Shown here piece after piece: positions 53,946 to 64,000 of a stretch of 64,000 nt of DNA. How positions within the stretch are numbered: the first letter of the stretch is position 1; every line of letters begins with the position of its first letter. Under the pieces are notes generated by a model. The model was not told the DNA's origin and made no database searches. It saw only the letters and a list, made by a program, of their open reading frames with translations. This DNA is from Octopus vulgaris (Eukaryota). The position numbers and the translations under genes were made by a program. The stretch spans positions 1,984,001 through 2,048,000 of the forward strand of contig OX597825.1 in NCBI GenBank assembly GCA_951406725.2. Direction: 5' to 3'.

Positions 53946-54725
53946 ATTGTATTTAACTATTGTTTTGTATTTGTACAAGTTGGCTCCAAGTTCCCCCAGA
54001 GTCTTCAATAGACAGCAAGTTAGAAGTTCATGTTGGTGTTATGCCGAGGGTGTCATATATTTGGTTTTGCACATAGTATAGTTATAGAGAATGTTTAAGA
54101 AATCATAAGAAAATGAGTTTATTTTAAAAGTTGAGATTACATACACACTATTTTGAGTAGGATTTGGGCAGTTCCCATGAGCACTATCTGTTGAATTTCT
54201 GTCATTTTAGCGTTTTCTGATATCTGAGCTAGGTAGCAAACAGCCCCTATGACAATAGGTATTGTTTTAGTCTTGAGGTTCCACAATTTGCCAATTTCTA
54301 TTTCAAGATCTTTATATTTGCTCAGTTTTCGGTAGGTCTTGAAAGATACATTTATGTCGATTGGGACAGTCACATCACTGAGGATGCCTGGTTTTTGTCC
54401 GAAGTCTTTCAATATAATGTCTGGCCTATTCGCATCTATCTTTCTGTCAGTTTCAATGGTGAAGTTGAAGAGGAGTGAGACGTGATAATATTCAAGCACT
54501 GGGGGTGGTTTGTGTTCCCACCAGTTTTTATCATAGGGCCGGTCCAGGTTTTTACAAATTACCCAGTGAATATATTGTGCAACTCTATCGTGCCTGTTGA
54601 GATACACTGTAGGCGCAAGAAGACAGCACTTGGAGACAACATGATCGATGGTTTAATTTTTTTGTTGACATACATATGTTGGGCTACTGCCGTTCTTTAA
54701 TTAGGATGGCCTTGTAGTTCCTTGT
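53946..54725 (-). mobile_element. Second R4/Dong-type LINE 3' fragment with a different 3'UTR
   Basis: ORF 54137-54607: YLNRHDRVAQYIHW..ETDRKIDANRPDIILKD..KLSKYKDLEIEI..GTAQIL (RLE domain). Confidence 0.93.
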
Positions 54726-54757
54726 CGGTAGGCATCCTCCCCCTCCTCCTCCTCATC

Positions 54758-54759
<2 letters not shown>

Positions 54760-54817
<58 letters not shown>

Positions 54818-54950
54818 GTTATCCTCTTTCAGTTTTCTTTCCGTTTCTTGCCGACTGTCCTCCCGATACCTAGGGCAAAGAAACCCGCTGTTTACACTGG
54901 TAGGCTATTAAAATAAACACACCAGATTGTTCATTTACAAAATCATGTAG
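54760..54950 (-). mobile_element. R4/Dong-type 3'UTR-only copy with (TAA)n
   Basis: 54820-54945 aligns with 52180-52290 and 55270-55385; (tta)n at 54760-54816. Confidence 0.8.
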
Positions 54951-55137
54951 TAGAAAGAAATGAGGAAGAAAGTAAGAAAAAGGAAAGAAGAAAAAATAAG
55001 ATAAAGTATAAAAATAGGGGAAAATTGTGAACAAAGAAAATAAAAGCGGAAAAAAGGAAAGAAAATTATTTTTGTTTTTGTTATTATTACCGTTCTTCTT
55101 GGTCTTGTTATTCTTCTTCTTCTTCTTCTTCTCCTTC

Positions 55138-55139
<2 letters not shown>

Positions 55140-55211
<72 letters not shown>

Positions 55212-56095
55212 GTTATTATTGTTATTGTTATTATTACTATGAATATTCTTATGTGTTTTTCTTGTTCCATCAGTTTTATTTCCATTTCTTACCGAATGTA
55301 TTCACGACGCCCAGAGCAAAGAAACTCACTATGTACATTGATAGGCCATTAAAATAAACACAGCAGATTGTTCATTTACAAAATCAAACAACGTTATGTT
55401 GAAAAGAAAATATTTACTCGCAAGATTATCGTTCTCACACCGACATTGCTCTTCGCCAATAAGTGTGACGTATCAGTTACAACAATCTTCTGCGTTTCGT
55501 GCAGGCATTCTCAGTCAAGGATCATTCTCAAATAATATTTACTTGCATTTTTTATCAGTCCTAGTCTTCCTATAATCACTGGTAGCGTAACCATTTAGAA
55601 ATGCCACATTTCTTTCGGTTTCGATGAGCAAATCTTTTTAAACTTGTCCAATTCTTTTACCCAATGGAAATATGATCACAAGGTATATGTATGTCAACCA
55701 ATAAACAGACTTTATCAATTGGGTCTGTTGCAACAATTTCCACTTAATTTGATTTGATGTTGCTCTCTCTATATAGAAGGAAATCGCAAAGAATCCTTAC
55801 ATTTTCTCCTTCAGCTGCAGCGCGAGTCTGATGCTTATACTACTTGTCAACAGTTTTGATTTTATAAGGCCGAGATACCAACCTGTGTAAATATTGGCCA
55901 ACCCCGTCATATCTTCTTTTATACACTGCTGGTTCTAAAACTTTACATCCAGAAATTAAAGGATCTACCATTTGAATCGAATCATTGCAGATTGAGCAGT
56001 TTGGGTCTACACGAAGGTTCATCACAATGGCTATTTAGTTCCGGGTAAATAAGTTTTCACATCAAGCAGCTAATATGTAGCCTTCGCTCTCTGCA
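55140..56095 (-). mobile_element. R4/Dong-type LINE 3' fragment with (TAA)n
   Basis: CSICNDSIQMVDPLISGCKVLEP..YKRRYDGVGQYLH (CCHC region), RLE remnants, shared 3'UTR, (tta)n at 55140-55238. Confidence 0.88.
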
Positions 56096-56099
56096 ACAA

Positions 56100-56792
56100 G
56101 GGAAGCCGAAACAAAAAGAAGCAAAACGACATCAGTTCGCACCAACCACAAGAGACAGAACTTGCTGGACAACATCTCTCGGACAAGCTTTTGAATTACA
56201 CTGTTCTGCGGAAGGACAACAGGGAACTAATGGAAATTGGAGAGGTGAGGGTCTTGACGCTGTCACCATTGCAAAAGCTCCAGAAGAGAGGGTTATGATT
56301 AGAACAACTCCCCCCATGTATCGTTTTCTGAGGAAACGTTTCCCACATGATGTGTGGGTTTTAAAAGTATATTAGATAAAAGGATATTGGAAGGCCCATT
56401 TGAAGGCCCGGAAAAATGATCAGCCCAAACCAAGGGTAAGCGATTGACTCTTATTTTGTTTCTTTCTCTCCTCCAGGAATGACAATTCTAAGAATAGGTA
56501 GTATAAATGCGCGTGGCCTGAGGGCAGCGTGGAAACAGGGTCGCCTGCTCAATGACCTCAGGTCATCACTATGTCTGGACGCCGTAGCCATTAGTGGAAC
56601 TAGGATTTCCGAAACGCAATCACTTGCTCTTCTTCTGGACGACCACAAGGTTTATATCTCCTCTGATCGGCCCGGATCAAATGGCGTTGCAGCGCTTTTT
56701 CGGAAATGCTTTGACTTGAAGGTGAATACGGCTTTCCTCGACCAGGTCGGTGGGATGATGATCTTGGACGTTAGGAGCAAAGAAGGCACCGA
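56100..56792 (+). mobile_element. Tx1/L1-type LINE fragment: ORF1 end and ORF2 APE endonuclease N-terminus
   Basis: ORF at 56479: MTILRIGSINARGL...LDAVAISGTR...GVAALF..DQVGGMMILDV (APE NxxG and ET-like motifs); truncated at (TAT)n 56793-56860. Confidence 0.85.
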
Positions 56793-56793
56793 C

Positions 56794-56861
<68 letters not shown>

Positions 56862-56862
56862 G

Positions 56863-57399
56863 AAAGGCAGCGAGCTAACTGGTATGTTTCTCTTTTACGT
56901 TCTGAGTAGGAATTCCACGGCGGTTGATTTTGCGTTTTATCTAATCGGGTGTTGACAAAGAAAGTGGGAGATGAGTACCGGGGTGTAGGTAATCAGCTAC
57001 CCCGCCAAAACGTTCAGCCTTTTTTGTTAAAATGAGAAAGAAATATTCTTGGGATAGGTGCAGGAGTGGTTATGGGGTAAGGGGCTTGTTTCACAACCAC
57101 ATGGGATTTGATAGACGGAGACGGAATAAAATCCGTCGTATATATATATATATGTGTGGGTGGGTGTGTGTGTATTTACATATGTGTGTGTGTGTTTATG
57201 TGTGTGTCTTTATGTCTGTTCTCCACCACCACTTGAAAACCGGTGATGATGAATTTACGTCCTCGTAACTTAGAATAAGTGCCAGGCTTAAAGGAAAGAA
57301 AATATGTGCGGTGTGCGATTCATTCGACTAACAAATTCCCTAAGGCGGTGCCCCAGCATGGCCGCAGTCTAATGACTAAAGCAAGTAAAAATTAAAAGA
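56863..57399 (+). mobile_element. Degenerate SINE family A (56863-57030) followed by SINE family B (57057-57399)
   Basis: aaggcagcgagct..gttctgag..gttgattttgcg; then ggtgcaggagtggt...ccagcatggccgcagtctaatgactaaagcaagtaaaa. Confidence 0.8.
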
Positions 57400-60300
57400 A
57401 CATGATAATTACCATTTTTATTATTTTCGTTTTATGCAAAACATCGCTTGGCTCTCGAAAGTCTCAGCTGAGATTTTCCCTATTGGAACGAACTCAAAAG
57501 ATTTCCACTCTTGCTTCGTTTTTTTTATCTCGTGATATTTCCAAAATAATCATAATATTCACCATAAAATTAGGCTTGTTCTAAAACTTGGTTTTTGTTT
57601 GCATAAATCCCATTTATAAGTTCAGCATCACCAATATAGATACATACATACATACATATAGATATAGGTATATAGATATATAGATACGTATATATACACG
57701 CACACACGAACACTGACACACGCATCTACACATACTCACCACAAACACATAAACTCACATAATACTAGCGACGAACGTGGTAAAATATATTTTTTTACGG
57801 CTACACAAATCCAATAAACAAACACAATACTTATCATTTGGAAATCTTAATGTTATTAAGTGACCCGAAAATCTTCATAAAAATGTAAATTTGATTTGTT
57901 CTGCGCGATATTATTTTTGATAAAAGGTAAATATGAGATACAATTAAATCTACTCGTTGGCAATATATGAATTTATTCATCTAGTGTGGGGGGTGAGTTA
58001 TGCTAATCAATAGCAGAACCAATTTTTATTAATATTAAAGGACGGACGGTCGTGTTAGCAATTTCCGAGTCAACTAATTTTGTGTTTTTCTTTCTTGAAT
58101 TTCTATTGATAAATATCTCCAGGAATGAGATGAGTAGAGAATAAGATGAGCAGGGCGGTGGTTAACGAGAGATTAGATAAGATTAAATGCTTGCTCACAC
58201 CTCAGATGCATGTCAAAGATGTAAAAAAAAGTAACTAAAACTGGAAAAGGTTGTAGTATTTTGTTGGCGCTAAAGGTAGTGTATCAGCAGAACTGGATGA
58301 CCAACGGCCAAACTGTGAGGTACTTCTGTGCCACTTTCAGTCATGATTTCAAAATCTGCTGGAGTCTTGTATGCGTTTCGTTGTTCCAAACGTCTACCTG
58401 TCATGTACGCTGGTAAATTTAATCGTTTTTTTTTTATCTCTGTAATTTTGTGGTTTTCTATCTTTGTTGAGGCCTGTGGATTGCAGAATTAATAATATGA
58501 TCTGTAAAATGCTTCGCTTTTCTTTCCTTTAGGGTTGTTGAATTAAGTACCAGTCAAGTACTGTGATAGAATCGATCGTTACTTCCACTCCCCGTTTCTG
58601 TAGCCATGTATCCAAGTTATAAATCAATTTTGTTATGATGCTACATGATAAATACTTAAAATAAAATGGCGACTGGTCAATAAAATACATGTAAGTGGAC
58701 GACATTTCTTTCAAATCTTACAAACACGTTTACGAAGTAATAACATCGATTATGTATCAGTCTATTTGACACTGCTTTTATTTTCGTCTCATTGATAGTC
58801 GTCGTCCATAATGCTTCTATGTTCAACATTACTCAAATAAACATTTTCTCTACTTCAGTCGCTTAATTTAAAACAACACAAAATCTCGGTGAGTTTTATC
58901 ATAACTGGTACTCATACAGTTTATTCATTTTCCGAAAGATGACAAGATATTTGATTTCTACTTGACTTTTAAACATACATTGGTGCCAGAAAATTATTTT
59001 ATTAGTCTAAGGATACTGAGATGATATATCCATCTGCTTTCGGAAAGTGTTCTCAATAAAATCAAAATAAATGTTCTATAGTCATAAATAAGCGACTTAT
59101 AGACAACTTCTGTCTTATGATGCTATAAATAAAGAATAGAATCAGTGCTGCACAAAACCGGAAGCAGCCGAACACAAATATTAAATTTATCAGTTTTTCT
59201 GCCCAGGTGAATCTTTTATTAATGGACTTTAATATATTAATAGTAAATGAGAAGGGCAGAGATAAGTAGTTTAAAATTAGACCAATTCTGCTAAATTTAG
59301 ATGACCAAATGATCATCTCACATAGAGATAGATTGAAATTTATGTATAACTTATGGTCATAAAGTTTGATCAGGCTACGTGAATAGCAAAATGATTATGA
59401 AATAACTTAATTTGGCTAAACACGGGGTCACATTTTATGAGATTGTTGTAGAATGTCAATTAAACAGAACTCTCTGTGTTGTTGACATTGACTTTCACCT
59501 CTCAATACGATGGATTTTAAAGATGATGATAGCCGCATACATCAACTTTTAACCGACATTGAGAGACATCTAAATATAAAGAATTATGCTTATTGTCTAG
59601 TTCTTTACTATTTCAGACATCGGTACCGAAAAGAAAGAAAAATAATGCCATAATAAAACACTAGCATTTCATCTCTTTCTTTGGCAGTGTTCTTAATTTT
59701 CAAAAGATTCTTCATGAAGTAACTAATTATCAAATATATATAGCAGCTTGATTCATCATTGTAAATATCAGGCACCAGAAGAATATTGATATTAACATTT
59801 ACCAAAACTTCGGTGCAGATCTGTCACAGAAGAGACAGATTAATTAGAAAGTAACAGCTGTTAGTATCTGATATGTTTGCCATAACAGAAAGTCGATCGA
59901 CCAACTTAGTCTGTGATACGCTGGAACCATTTACGAAGAGAGACTCAGGCTGAATACATCATACATATATCACGAACGACGTTCAATTCCAATTAATTCT
60001 AGAAGATTATAGAAGTTGCAGTAGAAATGAGTTATTCAAGAATGATATAACTTTCGTTGTTTTTGTTATTTAGTTCCTGGTTAGTCTTGATTGAGCAGAC
60101 TTGAGATAAAAGATAATTCAGCCACGACCACTACGCCATTTTGTTTCAGACATAATGTCTATACGATTACGTTATTCACTTTACGCAAAGCGCCCTCCTT
60201 TTTCAAGCGACTAGGTTTTGGTATAATGCAAATTTAACAGCCGTTTCTTGCTAGTCGGAGAAATGCGTAATGGATCCCTCCATTATTTTGTAATATAATA

Positions 60301-60729
60301 TTTTATGCTACTTGTAAAGATAAGAAGTGACTGGCAATGCAGGAGTGGCGGTGGCAGTAACAGAATACTTACGTAAAAAGAAGGAGAATTGGAAGAACAT
60401 AGAGAGGGAGTGCCCAACGCAAATAGCAAAGAACCGGTGTAATCAAGTTGGAACTTTGTTCGCAGTCAAGGTTGTATATTAATCATATTATAAAAGTTTG
60501 TTTTGTTCTCATTCGCTGTTGATAAGCCGAGAGTTAAGACAGAGATGAGTTTCAATGAGCATTAACTGAAAAGGCTGCATAAATGCGACCCTTGTCGACT
60601 CTGATGTTAGTACAGGTTTTCTAGTCGCATACAAAGCGCATCGCCCTCATCAATACCTAAGGAAGGTGATGATAGGGCAGAATCGTCACAGCAGGCAAAA
60701 TACTTAGTGGAATCTCGTTCGTGTGAACG

Positions 60730-60840
60730 CTTCATGCTTTTGAGGTCGATGAAATAAGTATCAGTTGCGTACTGGGGTCGATGTAATCGATTTATCCCCT
60801 GCCTTGAAATTGCTGGCCTTGTGTCAAAATTGGAAGCCAT
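60730..60840 (+). mobile_element. SINE family A 3' half
   Basis: gaggtcgatgaaataagtatcagttgcgtactggggtcgatgtaatcga...gaaattgctggccttgtgtcaaaatt. Confidence 0.85.
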
Positions 60841-61504
60841 TATCTAAGGGCAAGCACAAATAAAGGATATTACCGTTCCACCAGAATGATTTTGCCTGAA
60901 AGTTGCTGTTGTCACCACACCTGTCCTGATGAAATTGACTTATGTTCAAAGACATGCCAGACGTGACGATCCCATCTTTTTTATTGACATATACGCTCGT
61001 GCTAACACACATGCGCAGACATATATTATCCAGTATACTTCGAACAATATTATTTAAGATGGTAAAGTGCCACATGAAAGAGCTTTGGTTACAAGAGAAA
61101 CTTCATTTGGCTGCTCGTCCTGGAAATAATCTCCCTCGGATTAGACTCTTCCATCTTAGGTATGAACATTGTTGCTAATGTGGAATAGGATTGTCTGTAT
61201 AAAGAAACAAAGATGTCTTGTCCATGGTTGAAAGCCTTTGATCATATGCCTCCTTGATCAGTGCTGACCTGAGGATAAATATCATGAAGGCCATTTTCTA
61301 TAACATCAGCTTAAATCGACTTGTCCAAATAAGTGAGATTCGAGGCAAGGCCGCAGTCTGACATGCTCGAAAGCGCCCTCAAATTTCTCTCATTCTACAC
61401 CTTACTTGTAACGAAAAGATATCCTAGATAACTAAAAGGTGTTCCAGCCGAAATCATCTACATTTTCCTTCAAATGTAGCTATTTTTCTATTATGTCTTT
61501 CAAA

Positions 61505-61720
61505 ATAGCCGAGTTAGATGAATCGTAAACGCGCCGGACAAAAGATTCTTTGTAGCATTTCATCTGTTTTCAAGTTCTAAGTTCAAATTTCCCCGAAGTT
61601 AACTTTGCCTTTCATCCTTTCGAGTTCAATGAAATTAATACCAGTTGCGCTTTGGATTCAGTGTTATCGACTAACTCACTCGCTGCCCAAATTTCCGGCA
61701 TTATGTTACGTCTTTGAAAC
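61505..61720 (+). mobile_element. SINE family A
   Basis: gaatcgtaaacgcgccggac..gttcaaattt..actttgcctttcatcctttcgag..accagttgcgc. Confidence 0.8.
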
Positions 61721-62552
61721 CTCGTCTACATTTGCCAATGGTTCCTTTGTTTTTAAGATTGTAGGGTGAAATACTCTGAATATTGTGGAAACCCTTCTTT
61801 TCACACAAAGTCATTTTTTTTATTCATGCGGGTCGTGTATTCAGAATGTGGAAATTGAGCCTGCGTCCCCACACTATGTGGTAAATTTCTTTTAATGATT
61901 TTATTCTTACGCTAATTTCATTCGATCTGGTCATAATTTGTGTTATTCTATTAAAATATACTTAAAATATTAATTCAATTTAAATTGGCATTATATATAA
62001 TAATAAAAAATAACAACACGTAAACGTAGCCATCAGTTACTTTTCCAATAAAAGCCGGGTAGCACACTCTGTGAACCGAAACACCATACATCATTGCATT
62101 TTATATATTTTTTGTAAAGCATATACAATTTGTTTACATAAATTTTCATTTACTAACGGACACTAATATTTCACTGTTTGAAATGTTAGTGACTATTATT
62201 AACTTAGGTTTCTCTTAGTGCTACTTTAGATATATTAGATTTCAATTTATCGATATTAATTCTTTAAAACTATGTGCGTGGACAAGTATAGCGCAGATTC
62301 ACAATTTAGTTATGGAGAGAACTCCTTCCATCATCTCCACCCAAAATTCCTGAGAGGATCGTGGGGGATAGAGTCCTCAGGTATTTACTATTTAGGGTCC
62401 AATCAAAAGCAACTGTCATTAGACTGGCCGGCTGGGTTCTCAAGCGTGACCAACTTGAGACTGTAGGTATTATGAAACTGTCTCGTTCTTGGTCTACTCT
62501 TAGATCTCTTGAAGAATCGATCCCTCGATTCTTTCCTGCGACATTCTAATAG

Positions 62553-62764
62553 GGGGTAAAATTAAAGGGGACAAACAAGGACAGACAAACGGATTAAGTC
62601 GATTACATCGACCCCAGTGCGTAATTGGTACTTATTTAATCGACCCCGAAAGGATGAAAAGCAAAGTCGACCTCGGCGGAATTTGAACTCAGAACGTAAC
62701 GGCAGACGAAATACGGCTACGAATTTCGCCCTGCATGCTAACGATTCTGCCAGCCCGCCGCCTT
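62553..62764 (-). mobile_element. SINE family A, near-consensus young copy with 10-bp TSD
   Basis: Flanked by attctaatag (62543-62552, 62765-62774). Confidence 0.95.
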
Positions 62765-63065
62765 ATTCTAATAGTATCAAGAACTGTGAACTCTAAATGC
62801 GGAGAGGTAGTTCTGATTGGAGAGACTTCCTGATCTCAAAGCTACGTACCCTGTCGAGTAAGTCATCTATGAATGGTTACGGACAGAAAGCATTTAATCA
62901 TAGGTTAGCTCTAGGTCAAGAAAAGCAGAGTTGGTAGTAAGCAACAAGGGCAACAAAAACAGTCATTAGGGCGTTTCTTTTTTTCTGTCGCTTCTATAAA
63001 ATCTTCTTCACTGCTTCTTGTCCTGCAATGGAACACCTAATCCACCTTCCTCGTCATTTCTGAAC

Positions 63066-63158
63066 CTCGGTGGAATTTGAACTCAATGCGTTAAGGCGGA
63101 CGAACTGCTGCTAAGCACTTTGTCCGGCTTGCTAGCGACTCTGCCAGATCGCTACCTT
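63066..63158 (-). mobile_element. SINE family A 5' fragment
   Basis: cctcggtggaatttgaactc...ctaagca...ctctgccagatcgctacctt. Confidence 0.8.
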
Positions 63159-63429
63159 AATTTGAAACGGATATATTAAAATCTGTCGTATACTTGGTGA
63201 CTGATTTCTGTTTAATAAAAGCAGCCAATTGATGTGTGGACTGAGACATGTATTCGTATTTGCAGGAGATGGAGGTTAATTTCCTGATCACATGGTTGGA
63301 TTAAAGAGATACATTTAGGTCTCCGTAACTTAGTGGTTCGGTAAAAAATTTCGATAGAATGAGTACTAGGTGAGACCTCGGATAGTTGCACACCAGTGAC
63401 TGAAATATTTACGAGATAAAAGATTAAAT

Positions 63430-63870
63430 TTATGTTGCACTTGTATTCGCCCACCAATATCTCGTGCTGTAAAATTCTGTCTTATTTTCAATTTGTATAA
63501 CTAATTCTGCTAAGAGTCACACTTATCTAAATAACGTTCGATGTAAAAAAATAATCCTTTCTTTTCCAGTATTGATATCATCAGAAATCTTGACACCTTT
63601 ACCGTGTGTTACGTTAAAACGCTTAATCAGGCATTATTTAAATGAACATATTAAAAAAAAAAGTATGGTGCCGGATTCAACAAGTTATTGCACACACATT
63701 TTACTGTTGCACTTTTATTCCATTTTGTGAAAAGTTCCAGCTTTTTTCACTGTTTACTCTGCTTGGATTTTACACTTCTAGCAATTTGAACATGTTTTTC
63801 TTGCCTGCCAGGTATCCGGGAGCGGAAGATGTTTTGCTAAAATTGCAAATGGGGATGATAACGAGTTCTT
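63430..63870 (+). pseudogene. Possible class-B (Mth/adhesion-like) GPCR TM1-TM3 remnant
   Basis: LNNVRCKKIILSFPVLISSEIL (63527; ICL1/TM2-like), then WCRIQQVIAHTFYCCTF in ORF 63642, with the C-x7-H-x-F-x4-F spacing of adhesion/Mth TM3 (CxxxAxxLHYFFLASF). Confidence 0.3.
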
Positions 63871-64000
63871 AAATTAATACAAATTTAAAGAATGTAATTA
63901 TTCTGGTGAAATAATGAAGTCTTACAAACAGCAACTCGCCTAAGAGGCTAAGGAGACCAAACGTGTCATGCATGGCATCCATAAATCGGACCGAAATTTG

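Noticed and set aside
57431-57607. MITE with tttatgcaaa/tttgcataaa termini
   Set aside because: Only a 10-bp AT-rich inverted match and no clear TSD.

Overview
AT-rich, microsatellite- and transposon-dense animal DNA. The repeat content matches, from recall rather than a database search, coleoid cephalopod (Octopus-like) intergenic/intronic sequence. I see no intact protein-coding gene, rRNA, tRNA or CRISPR array; most ORF-track entries are microsatellite artefacts. The window holds many copies of two tRNA-SINE-like families and an older ~200-300 bp dispersed repeat. It also holds decayed R4/Dong-type (RT + restriction-like endonuclease) LINEs, mostly abutting (TAA)n tracts, a Tx1/L1-type endonuclease fragment, a decayed mariner with both TIRs and a second mariner fragment. 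The most interesting items are: (i) two to four decayed, apparently intronless paralogous coding remnants with shared Cys motifs and class-B (Methuselah/adhesion-like) GPCR-like TM remnants; (ii) a Penelope-type minimal hammerhead ribozyme motif at 45018-45063; (iii) several fold-back structures, a 24-bp palindromic minisatellite and a local ~300 bp duplication.
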